A DNA stretch of 64,000 bases from Candidatus Latescibacterota bacterium (lineage in GTDB: Bacteria > Latescibacterota > UBA2968 > UBA8231). The stretch lies in contig OZ220090.1 of NCBI GenBank assembly GCA_964291625.2, forward strand, positions 192,001-256,000, in the 5' to 3' direction. Below, piece by piece: positions 18,924-27,214 of this stretch; the first letter of the stretch is position 1, and every line of letters starts with the position of its first letter. The notes under the pieces are model-generated. The model was not told the origin of the DNA, did no database searches, and was given only the letters and a program-made list of their open reading frames with translations. A program made the position numbers and the translations under genes.

Positions 18924-20664
18924 TCAGCCGGGGGCCAGCGGCCCCTTCGGCGTCTCGGCGTTGTAGAGACCGCCTCTGCGCTCGTAGTCGACACCGACGC
19001 ACCCGTCCTCCACCACCAGCCGCGGCACGTTGCCGTTGTGGTTGTCCCGGTCGGGGCCGCGCATGACGGCCAGCTGGGCGTCGGTCATCCCCTCCACAAG
19101 ATCACCCCAGCGCGCTGACGGGTGCACCATCTCTCCCCCGGAGCGGTTGAAGTTCCGGGAGGAGTACTTCACGAGGATCCCCCGGCGAGGGACCTCGCTC
19201 CGCCAGGCCAGGGTGCCGTGGGTCTGGGCGCCGTCCATGAACAGCAGCACGTCCCCTGCCCGGAAGGTCGGGTGGGCCACCAGTCCCATGTGGTCGTCGC
19301 AGGTGCGCACCCCGTCCGGCATGGGGTACTGCGCCTTGTGGCTGCCGGGCACGCAGGCGAAGCCGCCGTCCTCCTCGCCCAGGTCGCGCAGCTGCCAGGT
19401 GACGGTGACCGCCTCGCAGTAGCTGCGCCCGTTCCTGAAGACGTACGAGCGGCTGGGGTTCAGGGGCTCGTTGGCGTCGTGCAGGGCGTGGCCGGAGGTG
19501 CCCTTGACGGCGCAGAAGGCCGTGGGCTGGTCGCAGCGGAAGCCGCTGCCGCCCATCCAGGTGAGGCGGTGGACGACGGCGGGATGGGCGACCATGCGGC
19601 GGAAGGGGCCGCACCAGGGCTCCGGCAGCTGCAGCAGGCCGCCCAGGGTGGGACGGCCGGTGCCGGCCAGGGACCTGGAGCCGCGGGCCAGCTCCTGCCC
19701 GACGACGATGCGGTCCTCGAAGCGGTCGATCGCCTCGTTGGCCAGGGCCAGGTCGTCCGCGTCCATCACCTGGCGCAGGACGAGGTGGCCGCACAGGTCC
19801 CAGAAGAACAGCTCCTCGTGGTCGATGCCGCTGGCCGGATCGGGGGCGAGGAAGGACGGGTGCACCGGTTCCGGCGACTCCGAGACCGTGCTGCGGCCAC
19901 CGTCGGCGGCCAGGACCGGCGGCGGCGTGTCGGCGCGGCGGCCGGGCCGGTAGAGCACGGCCCGCTGCTCCGGGGTCAGCTCGTCGTGCCACTCCGGGCG
20001 GCCCGGCTCCCCGGCCTGCGGTCCGGTGCCGGTCTCGAGGCAGACGCCGCGGGCGGCAAAGCCGTAGTCGAGCAGGCGAAGGGGGCCGCGTCCCTTCCAC
20101 GGGCGCAGGCCGTGCATGACCGTGTCGGCCAAGCAGCAGCAGATCTCCGGCCCGCAGCCGGACCCCGCGCACCAGGCCCAGGTCGCGCTCGCCCTCCAGG
20201 AAGCCGGGGGGCGGAGGCACGTTGGTCTTGTGGCTGGCCTGCACGAAGACCAGGCCGCCGTCGCCCTCCTCGACGTCGGAGAGGGCCCAGACGGCGCGCA
20301 CCAGTTGGCACTGGCGGCGGTGGTTCTGGTGGTAGTAGGCCCGCGCCGGATGGCGGGGCTCGTCGCCGCCGTCGAGGGTGCCGTCGAGGGCGGCGCCGCC
20401 CGCCGGGTCGTCGGAGATCAGCCGCGGCAGCTGCTCCAGGCGGAAGCCGGTGCCGCAGATCTCGTTCAGGTAATCCACCAGGACCGGGTGCACGAGCAGG
20501 TCGCGGAAGGGCTCGCGCTCCTTCCCCGGCCAGCCGAGCATCCCTTCCGGCCGGCCGGCGCGATCGAGAGCGGCGTTGAGGGCCAGGACCTCACCCGGCT
20601 GCAGGGCCTCCCGCACGACCAGGTAGCCGCCCACGTCGAAGCAGTAACTCTCCTCGCTGGTCAT
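18924..20664 (-). pseudogene. Tandem double-domain phytanoyl-CoA dioxygenase (PhyH) family protein with a frameshift near 20133
   Basis: MTSEESYCFDVGGYLVV...QASHK...AGDLLL changes frame to LADTVMHG... A second PhyH domain follows (LHD, PGSHK, THG). Confidence 0.75.
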
Positions 20665-21512
20665 CGGGTCGCCGCCATCGCTCGGGTGATCACATCGATG
20701 GCCGTCCTCGCGTCGCCCACGCGGTTGTCGCCCCACTCGCGCTCCACGTGCAGGTCGCCGGCGTAGCCGCCTTCGGCCAGGATGCCCATGAAGGCGGTCC
20801 AGTCCACCCGGCCCTCGCCGACGACGGCCTCGGCGCCCCACTCTCCCGGCGTCGTGGTGCCGACGGCGTCCTTGATGTGGATCGAGCGGACCCTGGGCAG
20901 GAGCCTGCGCAGCGCCTCCAGGGGGTCGCCCTTGTCGTAGAGGATCATGTTGGCGGGGTCGAAGTTGACGCCCACGTTGGTCACGCCTCGAGCCTCCAGG
21001 TGGTCGAAGAAGGCCCACAGGTCGTCGGCCGTCTCCTGGCCCGTCTCGAAGAGCAGGTCGATGCCCTGGTCGGCGAAGATCCCGGCCACGACCTCGATGC
21101 GGTCGGCGAGCTTGCGGAACCCGGCGCTCTCCATGTCGTGGGGCAGGAAGCCGGCGTGGAACATCACCATGGGCAGGCCGAGTTGGCGGGCCCTGGCCGC
21201 GGCCCTGCGGGCCACCTGCTGGTTCGCCTCCCAGTGCTCGTCGGGGACGATGCCCCCCGTGCGCTGGATCGTCTCCAGCGTCGTGTAGTCCTCGCCCACG
21301 GTGCCGAACATGCCCGAGACCACGCGGGCGCCGATGCGGGCCAGGGCCTCGGGGACGCCGTCGACGAGGCCGGCGTCGTCGCGGTGGGGGACCAGGCCGA
21401 GCTGCAGCTTGTCCACGCCCAGCTCCTCCATGATGGCGGCCATGTGGCCGGCGTCGCGGGGGAGCATCGACCAGCTGCAGAGGCCGATCTGCTCCGGGGT
21501 CTGCGGTCTCAT
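20661..21512 (-). CDS. Sugar phosphate isomerase/epimerase (xylose isomerase-like TIM barrel)
   Basis: FETGQE, NFDPAN, HIKDA, VERE. Confidence 0.85.
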   Translation of the reverse strand: MRPQTPEQIGLCSWSMLPRDAGHMAAIMEELGVDKLQLGLVPHRDDAGLVDGVPEALARIGARVVSGMFGTVGEDYTTLETIQRTGGIVPDEHWEANQQVARRAAARARQLGLPMVMFHAGFLPHDMESAGFRKLADRIEVVAGIFADQGIDLLFETGQETADDLWAFFDHLEARGVTNVGVNFDPANMILYDKGDPLEALRRLLPRVRSIHIKDAVGTTTPGEWGAEAVVGEGRVDWTAFMGILAEGGYAGDLHVEREWGDNRVGDARTAIDVITRAMAATR

Positions 21513-22276
21513 GGCTGCCTCGTCGGTTGTGGTTCCAGCTGTCCGGAGAGGATGTCGTCGACGATGCCGCAGAGGCTGTCGACGATCGCCGCGAGCATGC
21601 GCTCGCCCTTCTCGGCGCTGGCCGCCGTGGGGTCTCCGAAGTGGCCCCGGGGGCTGACCTCCTCGAGCATGTGGAAGCGCTGCACCCGGCTCTCGTGGGC
21701 CGAGGCGGCCCTGACGCCGCCGCGGGCCGGACGGGCGGGGCGCACCAGGTCCGGATGAAGGTGCAGCATCAGCGAGGTCTCGGTCTCGCCGGCGTGACCG
21801 GAGCCGTCGGGTCCGGCGGTGCGTACCTCGTCGAGCCCGGGCTGCGCCACCTCCCACCAGGAGGCGCCGTAGACGCGGGCCTCCAGGTGGCGCTCGCGCA
21901 GGTCCTGCAGGGCGACCCGCATGTCGGCCTGGTTGCCGCCGTGGCCGTTGAGGATCAGGACCTTGTCGAAGCCGGCCCTCACCAGGCCGTCCACCGTCTC
22001 CACGATCATGCTCACGTGGGTCCCGGAGGTGGCCGTCAGGCTGCCGCCGAAGTGGATGTGGTGGAAGGAGTAGCCCAGCCACTGGGTGGGCAGGACGACG
22101 ATGCGGTCGCCGGCGCGCTCCTCCATGGCGGCGGTGATGCCTTCGCACTCCAGGGTGTCGGTGAGCAGGGGCAGGTGGTCGCCGTGCTGCTCGAAGGATG
22201 CGATGGGGTAGACGGCGACGAAGCGCTCGCGGTCGAGGTCGCCGATCTCGGGCCAGGTCATCTCGCCAAGCTTCAT
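21509..22276 (-). CDS. Creatininase family amidohydrolase
   Basis: EQHGDHLPLLTD, NGHGGN, HAGETETS. Confidence 0.9.
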   Translation of the reverse strand: MKLGEMTWPEIGDLDRERFVAVYPIASFEQHGDHLPLLTDTLECEGITAAMEERAGDRIVVLPTQWLGYSFHHIHFGGSLTATSGTHVSMIVETVDGLVRAGFDKVLILNGHGGNQADMRVALQDLRERHLEARVYGASWWEVAQPGLDEVRTAGPDGSGHAGETETSLMLHLHPDLVRPARPARGGVRAASAHESRVQRFHMLEEVSPRGHFGDPTAASAEKGERMLAAIVDSLCGIVDDILSGQLEPQPTRQP

Positions 22277-22362
22277 CTTCCTCGTCCTTCGGCTGAGTCG
22301 TGATGGAGGGGCGGCAAGGATATGGAATCAAGGATTGCGGAGCACGCCGCGGCCCGGCCGGG

Positions 22363-22390
22363 TTGACGGCACGTCGATGGCGGCTAGACT
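22363..22390 (+). promoter_or_regulatory. Sigma70-type promoter
   Basis: TTGACG, 16 bp, TAGACT upstream of the 22426 operon. Confidence 0.5.
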
Positions 22391-22425
22391 CGCTCGCTTC
22401 CTCACGACGAGCAGGGAGGCGGACG

Positions 22426-24060
22426 ATGACGGACCACGCGCAGTTGGATCCCCGGCCGGGGCCGGATGGCGAGATCGCGGTGGAGGCCTGGGTGCGGACC
22501 TCGGCCGACCGGACCGAGGCGATGCAGCCCCTGGTCTCGCAGTGGAGGCCCGCGGAGACCCCCGTGTTCTCGGCGTACGACGCGACCCACACCGGCGGCC
22601 TCCTGTGCGCCGGCCACTACGGGGCCGTCTTCGACGGCCGCCACGTCTACTACTGTCCGATCCGCCCCTTCCGGCGCCGCGACAGCGTTCACGGCCACGT
22701 GCTCCGCTGCGACACCCACGCCGACTTCCACGATCCGGCGGCCTGGGAGGCCTTCGACGCGGGAAACACGGACGGCCTGACGACCGTGAGCTACTACGGG
22801 GCCTCCTTCGACGGGCGCCACGTGATCTTCACCCCGCGCGAGGATCTGCAGGGCTACCACAGCCGCGTCCTGCGCTTCGAGGTGGGCCGCCCCTTCGGCG
22901 AGCCCGCCTCGTGGAGCGCCCACGACGCCGGCCTGCCCGTCTCGGGGCAGGGGGCGGCCACCGACGGCCGCTACGTCTACTTCCCGCCGGGGTACGAGAG
23001 CGTCCCCGGCCGGCCCTTCGACGAGAGCGTGCTCAGCGGCCGGGTGCTGCGCATGGACACGCAGGGCGGCTTCCGCGATCCCGGGAGCTACCAGGTCTTC
23101 GACACCTCCCGCCTGTCGCCGGAGGCGGTCTGCTTCGACGGCGGCGCCTTCGACGGGCGCTACATCTACCTCGTTCCCCTCATCCACGGAGTCGTCGCCC
23201 GCCACGACACCCGGGGCCCCTTCGACGACCCCGCCTCCTGGGAGGTCCACGACGCCCGCCCCCACGGCCTGGGGATGAACGTGGGCGCCGTCTTCGACGG
23301 CCGCTGGCTCTACTTCTGCGCCTACGGCCACAGCCGCATGGTGCGCTACGACACGACCCGTCCCTTCGCCGACGCCGACGCCTGGGAGAGCCGGGATGCC
23401 GGCGGCACCGACGGCCTCGACACGGGCGGCTTCGACGGCGGCTTCTTCGACGGCCGCTACGTCTACTACTGCCCCTGGACGCGGCAGGCCGCCGCCGGCG
23501 AGATCCCCTTCCACTGCAACTTCCTGCGCTACGACACGACCCGTCCCTTCGCCGAGGCCGGCAGCTGGTCGGCGTACGACGCGTCGCGCACGGACGGCCT
23601 CCATACCCTCGGCTACAACGCCGGCGCCTTCGACGGCCGCTACTTCTACGGAGCCCCGCTCTTCGACGGGCGGGGGGAGGCCTACCACGGCCGGGTGCTG
23701 CGCTGCGACACCCTCGGCGGCGGCGGCGCCTTCAGCCTGCGCTACGGGGACTACGGGCACAACGGCGGACTGTGCGCCGCCGTCCCGGGGCCGAGCTTCC
23801 TGATCAACACCGAGAAAGGCGTGCGCAGTGTCGCCGCGTACCGCAGGCTGGAGCCGGGGGAGCACCACCTCGCCGGGGTCTACGACGGCCGCAGCCTGAG
23901 CCTGTATGTCGACGGCGAGCTGGCCGCCCGGCGCCCGGCCACGGGCCGGCTGGTCGAGTGCGACGCCGAGGTGACCGTGGGGGAGCTGAGCGGCGGCTCG
24001 GCCCGTTTCGAGGGCACGGTGGAACGGGCGCGCATCACCCCGGCGGCGGTGGCCCCGTGA
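22426..24060 (+). CDS. Hypothetical protein: seven GxxFDGRY repeats (beta-propeller) plus LamG-like domain
   Basis: ATG after GGAGG. Seven FDGR/TDGR repeats. C-terminal HHLAGVYDG..LYVDG. Confidence 0.75.
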   Translation: MTDHAQLDPRPGPDGEIAVEAWVRTSADRTEAMQPLVSQWRPAETPVFSAYDATHTGGLLCAGHYGAVFDGRHVYYCPIRPFRRRDSVHGHVLRCDTHADFHDPAAWEAFDAGNTDGLTTVSYYGASFDGRHVIFTPREDLQGYHSRVLRFEVGRPFGEPASWSAHDAGLPVSGQGAATDGRYVYFPPGYESVPGRPFDESVLSGRVLRMDTQGGFRDPGSYQVFDTSRLSPEAVCFDGGAFDGRYIYLVPLIHGVVARHDTRGPFDDPASWEVHDARPHGLGMNVGAVFDGRWLYFCAYGHSRMVRYDTTRPFADADAWESRDAGGTDGLDTGGFDGGFFDGRYVYYCPWTRQAAAGEIPFHCNFLRYDTTRPFAEAGSWSAYDASRTDGLHTLGYNAGAFDGRYFYGAPLFDGRGEAYHGRVLRCDTLGGGGAFSLRYGDYGHNGGLCAAVPGPSFLINTEKGVRSVAAYRRLEPGEHHLAGVYDGRSLSLYVDGELAARRPATGRLVECDAEVTVGELSGGSARFEGTVERARITPAAVAP

Positions 24061-25181
24061 GGATCACCTCCCTGGAGCCGATCCCGGTCCTGGTGCCCCT
24101 GAAGAAGGGGATGACGACGAAGACCGCCCACGGCGAGCACATCGACTCGCCGTACGTGCTGGTGAAGGTCCACACCGACGAGGGCCTCGTCGGGCTGGGG
24201 GAGGCGACTCTGTCGCCGCGGTGGAGCGGCGAGACCAGCCCCGGGTGCGCCGCCGCCGTCTCGCAGGTCCTCGAACCGGCCGTGAAGGGCGCCGACCCCC
24301 GGGACGTGCGCGCCGTCGCGCGGCGGATGGAGCAGGCCCTCAGCCTCAACCCCTTCACCCGGGCGGCGGTGGAGATGGCCTGCTGGGACATCGCCGGCAA
24401 GGCCGCGGGTCTCCCGGTCTACCGCCTGCTGGGCGGCAAGGTGCGGGACTCGGCGCCGATGAAGATGGTGGTGGGCGCCTTCGAGCCGCCGAGGGCCGCC
24501 GCCCTGGCGCAGCGCTTTCTCGACCGGGGGGTGCGTCACCTCAAGGTGAAGGTCGGCCTCGACGCGGCGCAGGACATCGAGCGCGTGCGCGTCGTGCGCG
24601 AGCTGGCCGGGGCGGACGTCTCCATCGGCGTCGACGCCAACTGCGGCTGGGACCTGGGCACGGCGCGCCGGACCCTGGCGGCCCTGGAGGCCTTCGACGT
24701 CACCTTCGCCGAGCAGCCCGTGGGCACCGACGACCCGCGGGCCCTGGCCGCGGTGCGCCGCTCGACGTCGATCCCGGTGATGGCCGACGAGAGCGTCTTC
24801 ACCCCGCGGGATGCGCTCGACCTGGTGCACGCCGACGCCGCCGACATCCTCGCCGTCTATCCCGGCAAGAACGCGGGCCTCCTCGGCTCCCTGGCCGTGG
24901 CCGGGATCGCCGCCGCCGCCGGGCTGGTCTGCAGCATGGGCAGCAACCTCGAGCTGGGGGTGGCCACGGCGGCCATGCTGCACCTGGCCGTGGCCGGTCC
25001 CGCCATCGACAGCGAGCGCTACCCGGGGGACCTGCTCGGCCCCCTGTACCACGACGCCGACATGATCACCGAGCCCCTGGAGCTGGGGCCCGTGGTGGCC
25101 GCGGTGCCGGAGGGCCCCGGCCTCGGGGTGGAGCTCGACGAGGAGCAGGTCGCCCGCTACCGCGACCCCGCCGCAACGTGA
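24057..25181 (+). CDS. Mandelate racemase/muconate cycloisomerase (enolase superfamily)
   Basis: GLGEA, WDIAGK, KVKVG, VDAN, EQP, ADES, GPGLG. Confidence 0.88.
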   Translation: MRITSLEPIPVLVPLKKGMTTKTAHGEHIDSPYVLVKVHTDEGLVGLGEATLSPRWSGETSPGCAAAVSQVLEPAVKGADPRDVRAVARRMEQALSLNPFTRAAVEMACWDIAGKAAGLPVYRLLGGKVRDSAPMKMVVGAFEPPRAAALAQRFLDRGVRHLKVKVGLDAAQDIERVRVVRELAGADVSIGVDANCGWDLGTARRTLAALEAFDVTFAEQPVGTDDPRALAAVRRSTSIPVMADESVFTPRDALDLVHADAADILAVYPGKNAGLLGSLAVAGIAAAAGLVCSMGSNLELGVATAAMLHLAVAGPAIDSERYPGDLLGPLYHDADMITEPLELGPVVAAVPEGPGLGVELDEEQVARYRDPAAT

Positions 25182-26422
25182 GCCGCCTCTACCACACGGA
25201 GGAGGGCCGCGTGATCCCCTCCCTCTGCGAGGAGCTGACGCGGTTCCGGTGGGCCCGAAAGGCCCTCGACCTGCCGGCGACCTCCGCGCCGGCCGAGGTC
25301 TTCGTGCTGGCGCGGGCCTATCCCGGCCACACCGGGCCCCTGCGGCTGGCCGTGAACGGCGGGGAAGCGCTGGCCGTGCAGCCGTCGGGGCCGGGCGTCT
25401 ACCAGTGGTACCGGGTGCAGGTGGAGGCGGGGGCCCTGCGCGAGGGACCCAACCACTTCGAGCTGTGGACCGATACCAGGGCCATGGACGGCTGGTCCCT
25501 GGCCCTGGAGGCCGGTCACCCTTCACCGGGATCGGAGCTCAGCGACGACGGCGGCATCACCTGGCGCCGGGAGCGCATGGGCTACCTGAACGCGGTGCTT
25601 GCCGAGTACGTCGTCCGCGTGCGCCTGGAAGAGGGCGAGGATCCGCCGCCGCCGGCGATGGTCTGGGAGGATCCCGGGTCGCAGCGGGTGCAGTCGCTTC
25701 GCGAGCGCCTGCCCGCGGGGGCGCGGGAGGGGGGCGATACCCTGGCCCGGGCGCGGGTCCTGTCCTCGTGGCTGGCGGCTGGTTGGGAGCACACCAGTTC
25801 CGCCAGGGGTCACCTCTACGGCCCCTGGGACGCCGAGACCGCCCTCTCCTGGGGGCCGGCGCGACAGGGGCACAACGGCCAGCGGCCGATCCTGATGTGC
25901 GTGCACTATGCCGCCAGCCTGGCCAGCGCCTGCCAGAGCGTGGGCATCCCGTCCCGCTGCGCCGCCCTGACCGAGGCGGTGAACGGATCCAACGGCCACT
26001 TCGTCGCCGAGGTCTGGGCCCCCGAGTGGGAGAAGTGGGTCGTCGTCGATCCCAACCTCGACGCCCTCTTCGTCGAGGACGGAGCCCCCATGTCGATGGC
26101 CGAGATCCAGTCCGCGGGCCCGGCCATCGGAACCCGCATCGAATTCGGCGCCGGCACCTCCTTCCAGCGCGCCTTCCCGCACATGATCGAGTTCCTGGAG
26201 CAGAACCTCTCGAGGGGGTTGTGCTTCCGCCACCGCAGTCTCTGGCACCGCGCCGACCTGCTCTCCCGCCCCAGGTTCTCACCCCCCGGACACGGGTCGC
26301 TGAGCTACTGCGAGACCGGCCTGGTATGGGAACGGCGGGACCTGGAGAGGGGCTTCGGCATGTTCCCGAGCTTCGCAGACTCCGGCTGGTTCGACGCTCC
26401 TCCAGCCGGGTTCCCGGACTGA
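25178..26422 (+). CDS. Transglutaminase-like (Cys-His-Asp) domain protein
   Basis: MCVHYA...GIPSR, GHFVAEVW, WVVVDP. GTGA coupling to the upstream gene. Confidence 0.75.
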   Translation: MSRLYHTEEGRVIPSLCEELTRFRWARKALDLPATSAPAEVFVLARAYPGHTGPLRLAVNGGEALAVQPSGPGVYQWYRVQVEAGALREGPNHFELWTDTRAMDGWSLALEAGHPSPGSELSDDGGITWRRERMGYLNAVLAEYVVRVRLEEGEDPPPPAMVWEDPGSQRVQSLRERLPAGAREGGDTLARARVLSSWLAAGWEHTSSARGHLYGPWDAETALSWGPARQGHNGQRPILMCVHYAASLASACQSVGIPSRCAALTEAVNGSNGHFVAEVWAPEWEKWVVVDPNLDALFVEDGAPMSMAEIQSAGPAIGTRIEFGAGTSFQRAFPHMIEFLEQNLSRGLCFRHRSLWHRADLLSRPRFSPPGHGSLSYCETGLVWERRDLERGFGMFPSFADSGWFDAPPAGFPD

Positions 26423-26443
26423 TGGAGCGGGGCCGGACCCGCG

Positions 26444-26472
26444 TTTACAGGGAGAAGGCCCTTTGCTATACT
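26444..26472 (+). promoter_or_regulatory. Sigma70 promoter of lepB and the UBact operon (predicted leaderless mRNA)
   Basis: TTTACA, 17 bp, TATACT with a TGn extension. ATG lies 7 nt after the -10. Confidence 0.65.
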
Positions 26473-26479
26473 CCGAAAC

Positions 26480-27202
26480 ATGCCGAGCATGACCTCTTCG
26501 CGCCCCCGGGGCGGCGGCGCCCGCCAGTACGGATCCTCCATCATCGTCGCCGTCGGTCTCGCCCTGCTCATCCGCAGCTCGGTGGTGCAGGCCTTCTACA
26601 TCCCCTCCGCCTCCATGGAGGACACCCTCCTCAAGGGCGACTACCTGCTGGCCAACAAGTTCATCTACGGCGCCCCCCTCGAGCTGCCGGGCATGGACGG
26701 ACCCCTCTTCCGGCTCCCCGCCCTGCGCGATCCGCAGCCGGGGGACATCGTCATCTTCCGCTCCCTCACCGAGCCGGGGCGCGATCTCATCAAGCGCTGC
26801 GTCGCCGTGGGGGGGCAGGTGGTGGAGATCCGTGACAAGGCGCTCATCGTCGACGGGAAGCCCTCCCGGATGCCGACTCTGGGGAAGTACACGGAGACGG
26901 CCTTCATACCGGGGTCGATGAGCTCGCGAGACAACCTGGGACCCCTGCGCGTCCCCGGCGGCCATTTCTTCATGATGGGAGACAACCGCGACAACAGCAA
27001 GGACAGCCGCATCTTCGGGCCCGTCCCCAAGGAGCGCATCAAGGGGAAGGCGATGATCATCTACTGGTCCTCGACCCTGGTCCACGGCCCCCTGATTCAC
27101 GGCCTGCCGCAGATGGTGCTCGACGCGGGGAACTTCCTCCTGAACCTCCCGACCCTGCCCTTCCGGTCCCGCTACACCCGACTGGGCACGGTCATCCACT
27201 AG
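26480..27202 (+). CDS. lepB: Signal peptidase I
   Basis: TM helix, IPSASM (Ser), LIKRC (Lys), MGDNRDNSKDSR. Confidence 0.93.
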   Translation: MPSMTSSRPRGGGARQYGSSIIVAVGLALLIRSSVVQAFYIPSASMEDTLLKGDYLLANKFIYGAPLELPGMDGPLFRLPALRDPQPGDIVIFRSLTEPGRDLIKRCVAVGGQVVEIRDKALIVDGKPSRMPTLGKYTETAFIPGSMSSRDNLGPLRVPGGHFFMMGDNRDNSKDSRIFGPVPKERIKGKAMIIYWSSTLVHGPLIHGLPQMVLDAGNFLLNLPTLPFRSRYTRLGTVIH

Positions 27203-27214
27203 GAGCCCCTTCCC

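Noticed and set aside
23340-23650. DNA-level repeats (gcgctacgacacgacccgtcccttcgccga) as a CRISPR or mobile repeat
   Set aside because: They are in-frame coding repeats of the propeller protein.
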